A DNA stretch of 64,000 bases from Rebecca billardiae RCC1528 (GCA_965240325.2 OZ251227.1:1116001-1180000), one strand, 5' to 3'; shown: positions 46,100-59,036, counted from the stretch's first letter. The notes: generated by a model not told the origin, from the letters alone. Program-made: numbers and translations.

Positions 46100-48400
46100 G
46101 CGTGTATCAGCGTCACTGCATTGCGCGCGCCTTCCGCCCAGGCCCCTCGCGCGTGCAGCACCGAGCTGATAGCTGCATCCACCGCCGCCCGCCCGCCGTG
46201 GCGCCATCCCTGATGCTGCAGCCGCACTCAGCGCGCCAGGGCGCAGGCGCAGCAGCATCGGATGGGAGCGTCTCCAGCGCGCCAGGCGAGGCGAGAGGCG
46301 TCAGCGCGCTCAATGCGCCCGCCGCCCAGGGCCCTCAGGCGCACACCGCCGAGCTTTCAGCTCTAGAGACCACCGTCGCCCACCGTAGCACGATCCCTGC
46401 TGCTGCCGCCGCACGCGGCGCGGAGTCGAGCGCAGCCGCTGCTGCCCAAGCTGGGCGCGGGCGCAGCAGCGTCGGATGGCAGCGGCTCGAGCGCCATGGG
46501 CGAGGCGAGCAGCGGCACCGCGCTCGGTGCGCCCACCGCCCACGCCCCTCGGGCGTGCACCGCCGAGCTTCCAGCTCCGTCGACCGCCGCCGCCCGCCGT
46601 GGCACCATCCCTGCTGCTGCTGCCGCACGCGGCGCGGAGTCGAGCGCTGCTGCTGCTGCCACGGCTGGGCGCGGGCGCAGCAGCACCGGATGGTAGCGGC
46701 TCCAGCGCGATGGGCGAGGCGAGCAGCGTCACGGCGCTCGGTGCGTCCAGCGCCCACGCCCCTCGGGCGTGCACCGCCGAGCTTCCAGCTACGACGACCG
46801 CCGCCGCCCGCCGTGGCACCATCCCTGCTGCTGCCGCCGCACGCGGCGCGGAGTCGAGCGCTGCTGCTGCTGCCACGGCTGGGCGCGGGCGCAGCAGCAC
46901 CGGATGGTAGCGGCTCCAGCGCGATGGGCGAGGCGAGCAGCGTCACGGCGCTCGGTGCGTCCAGCGCCCACGCCCCTCGGGCGTGCACCGCCGAGCTTCC
47001 AGCTACGACGACCGCCGCCGCCCGCCGTGGCACCATCCCTGCTGCTGCCGCCGCACGCGGCGCGGAGTCGAGCGCTGCTGCTGCTGCCCGAGCTGGGCGC
47101 GGGCGCAGCAGCACCGGATGGCAGCGGCTCCAGCGCGATGGGCGAGGCGAGCAGCGTCACGGCGCTCGGTGCGTCCAGCGCCTATGCCCCTCGGGCGTGA
47201 ACCGCCGAGCTGACAGCTGCGTCGACCGCCGCCGCCCGCCGTGGCACCATCCCTGCTGCTGCCGCCGCACGCGGCGCGGAGTCGAGCGCTGCTGCTGCTG
47301 CCACGGCTGGGCGCGGGCGCAGCAGCACCGGATGGCAGCGGCTCCAGCGCGATGGGCGAGGCGAGCAGCGTCACGGCGCTCGGTGCGTCCAGCGCCCACG
47401 CCCCTTGGGCGTGCACCGCCGAGCTTCCAGCTACGTCGACCGCCGCCGCCCGCCGTGGCACCATCCCTGCTGCTGCCGCCGCACGCGGCGCGGAGTCGAG
47501 CGCTGCTGCTGCTGCCACGGCTGGGCGCGGGCGCAGCAGCGTCGGATGGCAGCGGCTCCAGCGCCATGGGCGAGGCGAGCAGCGCCACGGCGCTCGGTAC
47601 GCCCACCGCCCACGCCCCTCGGGCGTGCACCGCCGAGCTGACAGCTCCGTCGACCGCCGCCGCCCGCCGTGGCACCATCCCTGCTGCTGCCGCCGCACGC
47701 GGCGCGGAGTCGAGCGCTGCTGCTGCTGCCCGCGCGGGCGCAGCAGCACCGGATGGCAGCGGCTCCAGCGCGATGGGCGAGGCGAGCAGCGTCACGGCGC
47801 TCGATGCGCCCACCGCCCACGCCCCTCGGGCGTGCACCGCCGAGCTGACAGCTCCGTGGACCGCCGCCGCCCGCCGTGGCACCATCCCTGCTGCTGCTGC
47901 CGCACACGGCGCGGAGTTGAGCGCAGCTGCTGATGCCCCGGCTGGGCGCGGGCGCAGCAGCACCGGATGGCAGCGGCTCCAGCGCGATGGTCGAGGCGAG
48001 CAGCGTCACCGCGCTCGGTGCGTCCAGCGCCCACGCCCCTCGGGCGTGCACCGCCGAGCTGACAGCTACGTCGACCGCCGCCGCCCGCCGTGGCACCATC
48101 CCTGCCGCTGCCCGCGGCGGGGAGTTGAGCGCAGCTGCTGCTGCCCAAGCTGGGCGCAGGCACAGCAGCACCAGATGGCGACGCCTCCAGCGCGCTGGGC
48201 AGTGCCGTGGGCGCATCGAACAGCGTCACCGTGCTCGGCGCGTCCGTCGTCCAGGCCCGTCGAACCAGTGACACCAAGCTGTCAGCCGCGGCGACCGCCG
48301 TCATCCGCGCAGGACCATCCCAGCGGCCCAGCTGCTGCCGCCGCGTGCGGCGTAGAGTCGAGCGCCCCTCATCCTGCCTGCAGCGTGGGGCGCAGGTGTT
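46100..48400 (-). repeat. 214-bp tandem repeat array, inverted relative to the left array (about 10-11 units)
   Basis: Reverse complement of the same unit; 214-bp period (e.g. 46769 vs 46983). Confidence 0.92.
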
Positions 48401-50924
48401 TGAAGCAGCACCGGGCGGTTGGTCCTGCGCTCCTGGGCACGGCTATGCACCTGTTGGGCTCATGGATGCGGGGGAATGCCAGCGCCCGCCATGCGTGCTC
48501 AGTCTATCAGCCTCACTGAGCAGAGCAGCACCTGACATCTGCTCACACAGCTGTGGCGCTGCCGTCTCCTTGCTGTCACGCGCAGAGCAAGTCGAGAAGT
48601 GTCTGGCGACCACCGATGCCAGTGCTGCGCCGACAGGTAGATGTCCACCACCCGGCCGCGCCCGTAGCATGGGCGATGGTGAGATGAGTGCAGCACAGCG
48701 CACAGCTACGAGCAAGGGTGACGTGCGACGGTGTGGAGGCACGCGTGCTGGCGGCATGCTCCGAGCCCCGTGCTGCGTGCCCCCGGCTGCTTCTCGCCCT
48801 TGGTCGTCTCCTCGTCGATGCCCTCCTCCCCCGTACGCGTGAGCTCTGCGACGCCATCGGGCCAGCCCACCAGCGAACCGTGGGCGTGGCGCCCCGGCTG
48901 ACGGCTGGCTGCCATCGCAAGCCACACACGCCTGCACTCGACAACTGGGCCGCCTGAGCCCTGTTGCCGCGTGCACGGCCACATTGTCAAGATCACTACG
49001 TACTGTTGAACCAAGTGTGCACGTTAAATCTTACTACGTACTGTATCATAGTAAACTGTAGATCAGTACAGTACTTCCTTGCCATGGAACTTGAGCTCGG
49101 TGGGCGCCCACGCCCCACGCGGCGAGGGCGACGACGGGCGTACACGGGGCCTGCGGCGGCGGGAAGCGCGCGGACGCGGCCGAGAACATCACGGTCCGGA
49201 CGCCTCTCGCCAGCCGCGGACACGCACCGCGCCTCCTCCTTGCAGTTGCACGCTGCTACTTCATCTCGGCCGCCACACGGTGGTTTTGCTGCCGACCGGC
49301 TCAAGTTCCACGGCTGGTCACGATTGGGCGTGCGACCTCGCCACTGGTGCTTGCAAGAAGGTACACGAGTTGGTTGAACTCCCGCGCACCCGCTCTGCGC
49401 TCGTCGACGCCTTCTGACGGTGACTCGGGGTGCATGCGGGGCAGTGGAATGCAGTGGGTCCGGGCATTGACTCCCAGTCGTCCAGAGCGCGGGCCACGTA
49501 GCGCGGATGTGGTGCGCACATGGCCCGGTAATGCGGTCGCGCCATGTCTGACTGGTCTGCCCAAGGCCTGCGGCACCGCGAAACGAGCGCTCGGGAGCGC
49601 GTGACGAGCGTGCCAGCCACGTCGAGGTGGGCCACTTCGCTGGGAAATGTGCCGAGGCTCAAGTTCCACCGAACGCTCCGTACACCAAAGCCCAAGCCCA
49701 CCGAGGGCGTTGGTTGGTTGGTCCAACTATCAGCAGACCATCCGATTCCATCCAACCGCAACAGCACTCGCCGCCGCCGGTGATGGGCGGTTGCCGGGGC
49801 GCGCGCCGTCAACGGGCGTCCGAGGCGCTGCGCACGCGTGCATGCCGGTAGCAGGTGCGGAGACGGCGACGACGAGCGAAGCGCGCGAGGTGGAGAGGGG
49901 CGCAGTAGCTTCCAACAGCAGCGCCACCGGGCGCGCCGCCGTCGCGCGCACCGCAGCGCCCGCAGCGCCTTTACGCCGTCGGTGCGCCCCAAGGCACCCC
50001 CATCACCGGTGTCCACCAACGATCAACTCAACAGACCAGGGCTCTGTCGAGAGGCCGCCAACGTCCGACCGACTCAACAGAGCATTCTTCTGTCGAGTCC
50101 AGCTGGCCTCCAAGCTCAACTCAACAGAGCCTGGGCCCTGTTGTCGAGCCCACCCCCCCCCCCTCGCCGATCGGCCAACTCAACAGAACATCCTTCTGTT
50201 GAGTTGGCCGAAAAGCGCCAAACCGTATTGGGGGTCCACCCAACGCTCAAAGTTGCGTCCGGGACGCCCCCCTGCGCTTTTCGATTTTTCAAAAGCGGCT
50301 GAAATTGGCCCGAAAAAGGGGCTGTGTTGGCGACCGGGCATTTTTTCATCAAGCACTGCTCCGCGCGCAAGCTCTCGTATTTGCGGTTGCTTCTGAAGCG
50401 CAACGAACCCTATTATGGTGTCCGAAATTCTGATCATAAGCGTCCGCGGGCACTCCGAAGACTCGCTGGAAGGGAGCAGGGGAGTCGCGCTGACTCTGAA
50501 TTATTCGACTCAGGCGCCGCCGAGAACTCTCTCGAGGCAGAAAAATGGCGGCTCACAAACCGGGCGTGCCGGCGGGAATAGGTGGGATTCCCAAATCAAT
50601 CTCGGGCTCCCGCTTTTTACCGTTTTAACCAATCGATATGTAAGACTCGGTTCACGCCCAGGCGAGGTGGAGGGAGATACAATTTCGTCGTCATATTCAA
50701 CGTGGACCAATGAGCTCGTCACACACACGTGTTCAACCGTTCCCGGCGCGCGAACAATCTTTCAAAGATCCCGTCTCATGGCGTCACAGAACGTCATTTG
50801 GCGCTCCGCCGAGCAGCGTGGTGCCACTCAAGCCCTTGCCCGCGTCGCATCGGCAAGCACCCGGCCTCCTCATTTTGGGCGCCAGCGTCCGCCGTCACTC
50901 CACCGTGCCCCCCTCACCGGGGAC

Positions 50925-52200
50925 ATGACGCTCTCGACGCCTTTCTCGCCCATGGCGCAGGCCGACCTGCCCAACGCGCTGCTTGCCCTCGAGCCGGTCC
51001 TCCGAGACCTCCGCGACCGCCGCGTGCGCCTCGCCGTCTTCTCAGACTACGACGGCACGCTCACGCCGATCGTCGCGGACCCGGACAAGGCGACGCTCGC
51101 CGAGGACACGCGCACGGCGCTTGCGGCCGTGTCTGATCGTCACTTCACAGCCCTCGTCACTGGTCGCTCCACGGACAAGATCCGCTCGTTCGTGCAGCTC
51201 GGCGGCGCCCGCGCCCCGTACTACGCGGCCTCCCACGGCCAACACATCAGCGGCGGGCCCGACGCGGAGGGCCTCGATATGCTCCACCCGGTGCGCGCGC
51301 GCGCCTCTCGGCATGCGATCGTGCGCCCGTGTCGGCCCGCACCCCACGCGAAGCGTCTCTGACGTGCCCCCCCCCGCGCTGCATGCTCGCGTGACGCACC
51401 TGCAGGTGGCCCAGCGCGCGCGCGGTGCCCTGGAGTGGACGTATGACGAGCTGAAGCGGCGGCTGTCCGACGTGCCCGGCTTCTCGGTGGAGGACAACGT
51501 GCTGTGCATCTCGGCGCACTACCGCCGCGTGCCCTCCGAGCACCACGCACACGTCACCGCCGTCGTGGACGACGTCCTCGACGACGTGATGAAGCTGCGC
51601 ACCTCTGCGTCCGATGCGGACGCGCTGAGCGAGCGCGCGACTAGCATGAGCATCGCCGGCAGTGATTGCGGCGACTCGTCGACGGCGGGACTGTACGCCA
51701 CCGGCGGCACCGTCAGCGCGCACGTCTCCACAGACCACCTGCCGATGGCCGCGTCCGAGCCCGCACCCGGCGCTAGCAGCCACACCTCGTCCCCGCAGCA
51801 GTTGGATCGCCGCTCCGCGCTGCCGCCGTCCGTGCCGCTGTGCCGGCGCGAGGGCAAGATGGTGCACGAGCTGCGCCCTAAGGTCGAGTGGGACAAGGGC
51901 GCCGCCGTGAGGTGGCTGTACGAGCAGATGCTTGCGCGCGTCCGCGCCGAGCTCCCGAGCCCAGCGGCTCACGAGGCGGACGCGGAGCCCGAGCTGTTGC
52001 CTGTGTACGTCGGCGACGACGTGGCGGACGAGGATGGCTTTGCGGCCGTCCGCGCGCTGCATCCGCGCGCCATCGCCGTCAAGGTGACGGCGCGCGACCT
52101 CGCTCCTGGCGCGCCGGAGCCGCGGGCCACGATGGCGCAGTACGCGCTGGAGGACCCGCAGCAGGTGGCGGCCTTCCTGCGCCACCTGGCTGACGTGTAG
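50925..52200 (+). CDS. Trehalose-6-phosphate phosphatase (HAD IIB, stand-alone TPP)
   Basis: Exons 50925-51290 and 51406-52200 (intron 51291-51405). FSDYDGTLTPIVADPD, ALVTGRS, YYAASHG, VEDNVLCISAHYR, GKMVHELRPKVEWDKGAAV, PVYVGDDVADEDGF. Confidence 0.93.
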
Positions 52201-52620
52201 TCGTCCCGCGCGTGAGGCTGGCCTGCCGCAGTGCTCAGTGTCAGCTCAGTGCCAGAGTGAGTGCGGCGGGCCGGGGCCGCTGCGCCTGCGGCGCGCCTGT
52301 GGCCTGCGGGTAAGCGCCTAGCCTACATCAGCTAAGTCTAATCTATAAGACTAGTAGGCTCGTGAGCGCGGCCCGCGGCTGGGGAGCGCCAGAGCACGGC
52401 ACGTGGACGAACCGCCGCCGCAGCTGCGCTTTTTAATTTCGATTTCCCTGCGGCCTCCGCCATCGTGAACCAGGCCGGGAAGGCGGGATCCCCGGCCAGC
52501 CCTGCGCGGCTGCGCCGTGCCTCCGGGGAGCATGATGACATGCGCTGCTCACGGGCACTCCCAGAACAAGTTGCCCAGAGGCATCAGAGCTGCATATCGC
52601 GTTCGAGGAGCGACACGGAA

Positions 52621-52664
52621 GCCTATGCCCTTCTGCGGTCCCGCCTATGCCCTTCTGCGGTCCC
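52621..52664. repeat. 22-bp perfect tandem duplication
   Basis: GCCTATGCCCTTCTGCGGTCCC x2. Confidence 0.9.
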
Positions 52665-53831
52665 GTCCAGTCGGCATGCGGAACGGCTTACTGTAGCTTG
52701 TGGCCAGTGTGGGCGGTCTGCGCTCGAAACTCGGGGCTGCCTACGGGTGCAATCATCATCGGCACGGTTGAAAATAGTAGCAATGACAGCGGCGTCGCAA
52801 TGCATCGAGCATTCAGCATTCTGATCTTCTAGAACAACCGATACGGAGCCCCGACCAACCGGCTCCTGCGCCGAGTGGCGCGGCGCCGTTGGAGTACAGA
52901 CACGCGACGCGGTCCGATTTTTGAGTTACTGCGGCGGTCAGACTGCTACTTGCTAGTATTAGTTTGAGCCTCTGCTAGCGGCTAGCAACACTAGGATGCC
53001 TAGTCTGATGTACTAGAAGTAGCCAGCAAAGACACATGTACTGGGTTGTGGCACTTCTCTGGCAGCGGCTGCACTGGCGGCAGCGGCGCCTCCCCGCGTC
53101 CGCCGCCGTGACTGGCACAGTGACGCGTGCAGCAGTCCCTAGGCCGTGCAACCGCCCGGCCGTGCCCACTCGCGGCCCGTGCGTCGCCGCCCGCGCCGTG
53201 GGCCACAGGCGCCGCCCGCCAGGCCGGCCCGCGGCCCGCGACGGCAGCCGGCGTAGGCGCGACGCGCGGACCAGCCACTGCTGCGGCGGCCACGGTCCGG
53301 CCCGGACTGTCCGCCAGAGCCCGGATCACGCTGTCCTTGCTGACTGAGACTGGGTTCGTGACAGTCGGGCCATCAGTCTGCGGTGGTGACTGTCTGACTG
53401 GACACTGTAGTCAGTCGTCACTCGTCACTACACTGGTGCCGGTGGCGCGGCGGTGGACCTCCGCCTCGGATCGATTGATGAATGAATAACGCGCGGTCCG
53501 CTGCGTCTGGGGCCCCTGGCAGATTATCTAGTAGGCAGCATAGCGTCGATGGGAATTTGTTCCGAGCATCATACTGACTCCGGAACAGTACTCTGTACTG
53601 TCAGTAGCTATTATCCGCAATCAATTGAAACATTATTAGGTCAAGACGAGACCGATGGCGAAGCCGATGCTTGGAAGGCATCGCTGCCATCGACATCATC
53701 AGACGTCATCGTGCCATCGCCCGCATCGGTCGTCGCCTACTCGCCTGTGACTGCCTAGCGCCGTCGGCCCGTCGGGCGTCGGCGCCGGGAGCCGGGATTC
53801 ACCTCGCTCGGCCGCATCGCCGGCGCCTGCT

Positions 53832-53931
53832 NNNNNNNNNNNNNNNNNNNNNNNNNNNNNNNNNNNNNNNNNNNNNNNNNNNNNNNNNNNNNNNNNNNNN
53901 NNNNNNNNNNNNNNNNNNNNNNNNNNNNNNN
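53832..53931. other. Assembly gap (100 N)
   Basis: Run of 100 N. Confidence 1.
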
Positions 53932-54202
53932 CTGCACAAAGACCGCCACAAAACAGACCGGCGCAACAGGTGAGTCGCGCGTTGCCGCACCTCATCGAGG
54001 CGGCCATTGCAGCAAGAACGGCCGCCCGCGCTCGGAGGCACGCGCGCGAGAGCGCGCTCTGACATCACACGGGGAGGGTGCTGCATCTGGATTTTGTATC
54101 TCAGCCGCCTCGAGAGTGCAGCCGCGCCAAACATCAGTGTGCCCGCGTCAAGAGCGGCAGGAGCCATGTTCGGCGCGGCAGTTTTTGGTCAGCAGCCACG
54201 GA

Positions 54203-57200
54203 GCGTTGCGCCAGCTGGACAACCAGGGGCGTTCCCAGCACTGGTCATACGCCAAATCGAACCGCGTTCCTATTGAAATGGGCTTCCTCTATTTCAAGCG
54301 GGTACATTTGATTACGGCCCGCGCCAGTCCGGTAGCAATGCCCCCCCCAGGGGGGGGCATTGCTTTCGGGAGCGTGTGGCAGAAGGCTGTCTTGACGAAC
54401 CCGAGTCGGCTCAGTAGTTGGAGGAATGCGGGCCGCTCCCCAAAACGACGAAACTTGAAAGCCAAGCGCGATGACGGACGTCGGTGCGCCCTCCTGACCG
54501 ACCCGGCGCTGCCTCGCCGCTGCTTTCGAGGCATGGGGCGGGCTGGTGCACGCTCTGAGGGGCGACGATGAGGGTGAAGTGTATCGTCTGGCCGTACGGT
54601 GCGTCCGTGCTCACGCCAGCTGCCGTGGCGCGCTCTTGCAGCCGGCCGCGACAGATGTTTGCGAGATCTCTCGGCGACGGATGCGGGGCCGCGCCGGTGG
54701 GTACATTCGCGAGAGCGTGAGCGTTGGGTGCCAGTGGATTGCGCGGGTGGGCATTCGTGCATCGGGACGCCACGTCCCGTCCAGTCCAAGCCACTGGGCT
54801 CGACACTGCCCCGGCAGGAGCTGCCCTTGGCGTAGCTGGTGCAAGGCCAGCTTGCATGCTTGCATTCAACAGTGAGGGGGGCAAAAGCGGTGGGTGCGGA
54901 AGCCAGGCGACGTGCGCGTCTGTCACGATCAGGTGTGATATGTGAGTCGCACCGCGAGGGCGCCTTGCTGTTGGCACGGCGCTAGACATGGGCGTGTTGA
55001 GACTGCCGACACGAGCGCACAAGCTAGGCGTCCATTAGCAGCACGTGGTCTCATGCTCAAGGCAGCACTACCTGGTCGGGATCCCGAGCGGGACTAGGCG
55101 GCGCCATGAGGCACGCGTCATTGGTACGAAACTGCGGCATAGGCTGTGCTCATCCGGGCGCGAGCACATGGCTCGCCGCTCGGCGGCGGTGCGCTCCGCA
55201 ACGCAAAGCACAGTCCGGTCAACTGCAAGCGTCATGGGCTGCGTGGGCCGGACGGCACGCTTGGGAGCGCATAGGTCTGACCGGAAAGTCGGGCGCTGCT
55301 GACGCTGCGCGGTAGTGCTTGGGTTGTGACAAGTGAAGCGGCAAGCGGCGAGGCCAGCAAGCAGTTGGCGGCACGAGCAGCACAGGCACGCTAGGCTCAA
55401 GGCTGGCCAAGCCGGGCCAGTGACTCGTCGCTTGCTGAATGCTGGCGATAGCCGCTGATGATGGATCTGAATTGGGCGCCTACCTGAAGCGTGATGCTCT
55501 AGCTGCTGCTAGTTGATGGAGTATACCTCGCCGGCGAGTCTAGATTCAGTTGCAGGTAGACGCTACTGCTGCCACGTCATTGAGCTGGTCACCCGCGGAA
55601 CCGCGACTGGCTGACACGCCGTAAGCCGCGCCGCCGCTGCACTCACTACTCCGAAGGCGATGCAACCGTATTGCCGAGCACTGTTGTCGGTGCCCTGATC
55701 GACGAGCTCGACCCCAGGCTGGCCATGGCGCGGGTCGAAGCCGAGCCCACGATCAAGCCGCGGTGCCACCGTATCGACTGCGGGCGCCAGTGCACGAGTG
55801 CTGCGTACAGCCCGCCTGGGCTGCCCCTGCTGTGCTGCCGCCATCAGCTCCGGAAGGTGGCAGAGGCCGGAGCGGGTTAGGTGAAGATGGCGCTGGAGTA
55901 AGTGCACGCAGTCCTCCAGCACATGTGCCACAGCAGGCTGGTTGTCGAGGCCGCATTCGACTTGATGCACGGCTGCTGTAGTGCACACCTAGTTTGGAGC
56001 ACTGGTGACAGAAGCCCAGCGCGCTCGGAGTGCTGCGCACACAGCTGGCAGCGGCCGCAGCAGCAGCTGCCACTGCTTTCGCGCCAAAAGGACGACTGCG
56101 GTGGAGTAGGTCGGCATAGGGGTGCTCTCCACCTCACCGCCCAGCGAGCATGCAGGCGGTGCTGCCGCATACCGCGCTGTCGGCAGCAATGCAGCGAGCT
56201 CTGCGCCGGTGCTGCGCGCAAGCCCTCGTTTAGCGCCGTGCCGCCAGCCAGCAAGGCGCCATCGCGGTGCGACTCACATATCACTCCTGATCGGGACAGA
56301 CGCGCACGTCGCCTGGCTTCCGCACCCACCGCTTTTGGCCCCCTCACTGTTGAATGCACGCTTGCGAGCTGGCCTTGCATCAGCTGCGCCAAGGGCAGCT
56401 CCTGCCGGGGCAGTGTCGAGCCCAGTAGCTTGGAGTGGACGGGACGTGGCGTCCCGATGCACGAATGCCCGTCCGAGCAATCCACAGGCACCCAACGCTC
56501 ACGCTCTCGCGAATGTACCCACCGGCGCGGCCCCGCATCCGTCGCCGAGAGATCTCGCAAACATCTGTCGCGGCCGGCTGCAAGAGCGCGCCACGGCAGC
56601 TGGCGTGAGCACGGACGCACCGTACGGCCAGACGATACACTTCACCCTCATCGTCGCCCCTCAGAGCGTGCACCAGCCCGCCCCATGCCTCGAAAGCAGC
56701 GGCGAGGCAGCGCCGGGTCGGTCAGGAGGGCGCACCGACGTCCGTCATCGCGCTTGGCTTTCAAGTTTCGTCGTTTTGGGGAGCTACCCGCATGGCGAAT
56801 ACTGGGGCTGTGTCGCTCTAGTCAGTATCGTCAGTTCTCCGCTTCGTCAAGACAGCCTTATCCCGGGAACGCCCTTGCGCGAGGACGCTAGCTTTCGTAG
56901 ATCACGAAGCTACGGAGGGCCTCTGACGAGAGTCGCCTTCGGATCGGGGCCCTCTCCCGCTGTGCCGCATCGGCGCACGCTCGGCGGGCTACGTTTGCGC
57001 ACGCCGTGCAGCTCGCGGCGCGTGCGCGTCGGCTAGCTGGCACACTGCTCCTGACGCACAAGTCGAATGGCCGCAGCTGGGATGCCCTTTCGCGCGGCGA
57101 GGACGCGTGCGAGGCCGGTCGCTGCGGCCGAGCGGCGTGACCGTGCCGCCTGCACGCTGGGCGCCCATGGACGTGGCATCGCCGCGCGCGCTGAGGCTGG

Positions 57201-57418
57201 CGAGCGTCGCGACCGAGTTCCACGACGCGTACGACGCGTCATCTGCCCGCTTCCGTGCCTCCGACGCACGTTTTATGCGGGCAACGGCCATCGCCCGCCC
57301 ATGCGGCGGCGAAGCCGCCATCCGCCGCGCTTTGCCGTTGGACAGAGCGCAGAACATTTCGTTTTGAAAAGCGCAGATCTGAAAAGACCGGAAGGCGTTT
57401 GTCCAGCTGGCGCAACGC
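54203..57418. mobile_element. Degenerate non-autonomous TIR element with ~560-bp internal inverted repeats
   Basis: IR ~54426-54984 vs ~56231-56793; further outer IR patches 54383-54399/56843-56859 and 54203-54222/57399-57418; left end may run into the gap. Confidence 0.65.
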
Positions 57419-57653
57419 CCCTGGAGCCAACGGATTGCACGCAAGGAGCTACAGATTACTAAGAATAAGAGACGCACACAGCTCAGGCAGAGCGACGTCA
57501 CAGCGCGGTCCAGTGGTTTCCGGCCACCCAAGGAGACTTTGGGAATAAAAATGTGGCGGGTTACTTTGTATTTGTAAGACCCCTTGGGCCACCGGCAAAG
57601 AGAGCGCGCGCCGTTTTTCCCCAGGACCGTCGCCGTCCACGACTTCCGCGCGG

Positions 57654-58531
57654 ATGCCGCTCCTCGCGCCGTTCGCCTTGGCGTTCGCAGCTAGCTCAGC
57701 AACACCCATCCCTGCACCCGGCTCAGACACCCCAGTGCTCCACGACTGGACGACGTGGACGTGGACGCAGCGAGCTCTGTTCTGTGCGACCATCCTTGCG
57801 AGTTACGACATCATGGAGTGGCTGGTCAGCCGGGCGTTTGCGGGGTCGAAGCAGCTGCCGATGACGAAGGGAAAGCACCTCGACCAATTTAGCGCGAAGG
57901 ACGTTTGGTTCATTGCCTTCAACCGCCTAACAGGTGCGCTCGCGGGAGTGGCCGGAAGCAGCCGTGCCCTACGCACTCCTGGCATTCACCCTTCCCTCCC
58001 CGGTGGCGGGTGGCCCTGCTGCGTGCAGGCTTGGCGTTCGTGTACCACTGCCTGCAGTACTGGTGCCTTTCGGCTCGCGTGCCGTGGGCACTTGGAGAGC
58101 TCTCACTGGCCAACACGGTGCTCGCCCTGCCTATGCTCTTTATCTTTTACGACTTCTTCTACTGCCTGTGGCATCGTCTGCTACACGTGCGTGCGATCTA
58201 CGGTTTTGTGCACAAGCACCACCACAGGCAGGTGGTGCCAACGCGTGGGAACTACGACGCCATGAATGTCCACCCGCTTGAGTTCATCGTCGGCGAGTAT
58301 CTTCACCTGCTGGCCATGGCCGCCGTCCCGGCGCACGTGACCACGTACGGCTTCTTCTTCTTGCTGCTCGGCGTGCTAACTGGTCTCAATCACACACGGT
58401 GCGACATCACACTGCCGGGGCTGTTCAGCGTGCGCTGGCACGACCTGCACCATCGCATCCCACAGGTGAATTACGGTCAGTACACCATGGTATGGGACAT
58501 TCTCTGGGGCAGCTTCCGCACCGATGCCTGA
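57654..58531 (+). CDS. Fatty acid hydroxylase superfamily / sterol desaturase-like membrane di-iron enzyme
   Basis: Exons 57654-57933 and 58029-58531 (intron 57934-58028). His boxes WHRLLH, VHKHHH, NH, WHDLHH; HPLE; NYGQYTMVWDILWGSF. Confidence 0.92.
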
Positions 58532-58688
58532 GGCTGAGCCCCTGTCTGTGCTCGGAGAGTAGTAGAGTACGTGTTGCCGCGACTGAGCTGAACTGATGAT
58601 GATATTACTGAATAAAAAATATATTGCGACGCGGTTAGCAGTCGTCAGCAGATTCTGCGTAGATGGTGGCGAGCAGACTTACAGAACA

Positions 58689-58720
58689 AGAGAGAGAGAG
58701 AGAGAGTCGAGAGAGATCTC

Positions 58721-58765
<45 letters not shown>

Positions 58766-58774
58766 TCACACACA

Positions 58775-58861
<87 letters not shown>
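58689..58861. repeat. Compound microsatellite (AG)n-(ACAG)n-(AC)n-(AG)n
   Basis: Directly visible between two convergent genes. Confidence 0.97.
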
Positions 58862-58864
<3 letters not shown>

Positions 58865-59036
58865 ATACAATAAGTGCTGCGGCTGAGCCTGAGGAGCGTC
58901 GCTGTCGCGGCCTCGCGGCGATCCAGCGGCAGCGATCACGGAGCAACGCGCGACGCAGTGGCATCAACACGGCTACGCTGCACACGCAAGGGCGCAACGA
59001 ATAGCAGCCAGATCGCCTCGACCAGGGCCGCGCAGG

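Larger units (their letters stand above)
39901..50225. mobile_element. ~10.3 kb foldback element/giant palindrome with ~1.7 kb terminal arms and opposed satellite arrays
   Basis: 39901-41595 is the near-identical reverse complement of 48536-50225; subterminal AACTCAACAG/CTGTTGAGTT motifs; inner 214-bp arrays in opposite orientation; AT-richer centre ~45310-46100; no transposase seen. Confidence 0.8.

Noticed and set aside
41700-48400. 214-bp arrays as a CRISPR array or a repeat-protein gene
   Set aside because: No unique spacers or cas genes, eukaryotic context; the period is not a multiple of 3, so translations cycle through frames.
58596-59004. ORFs with RERERE/THTHTH runs
   Set aside because: Translations of the microsatellite.
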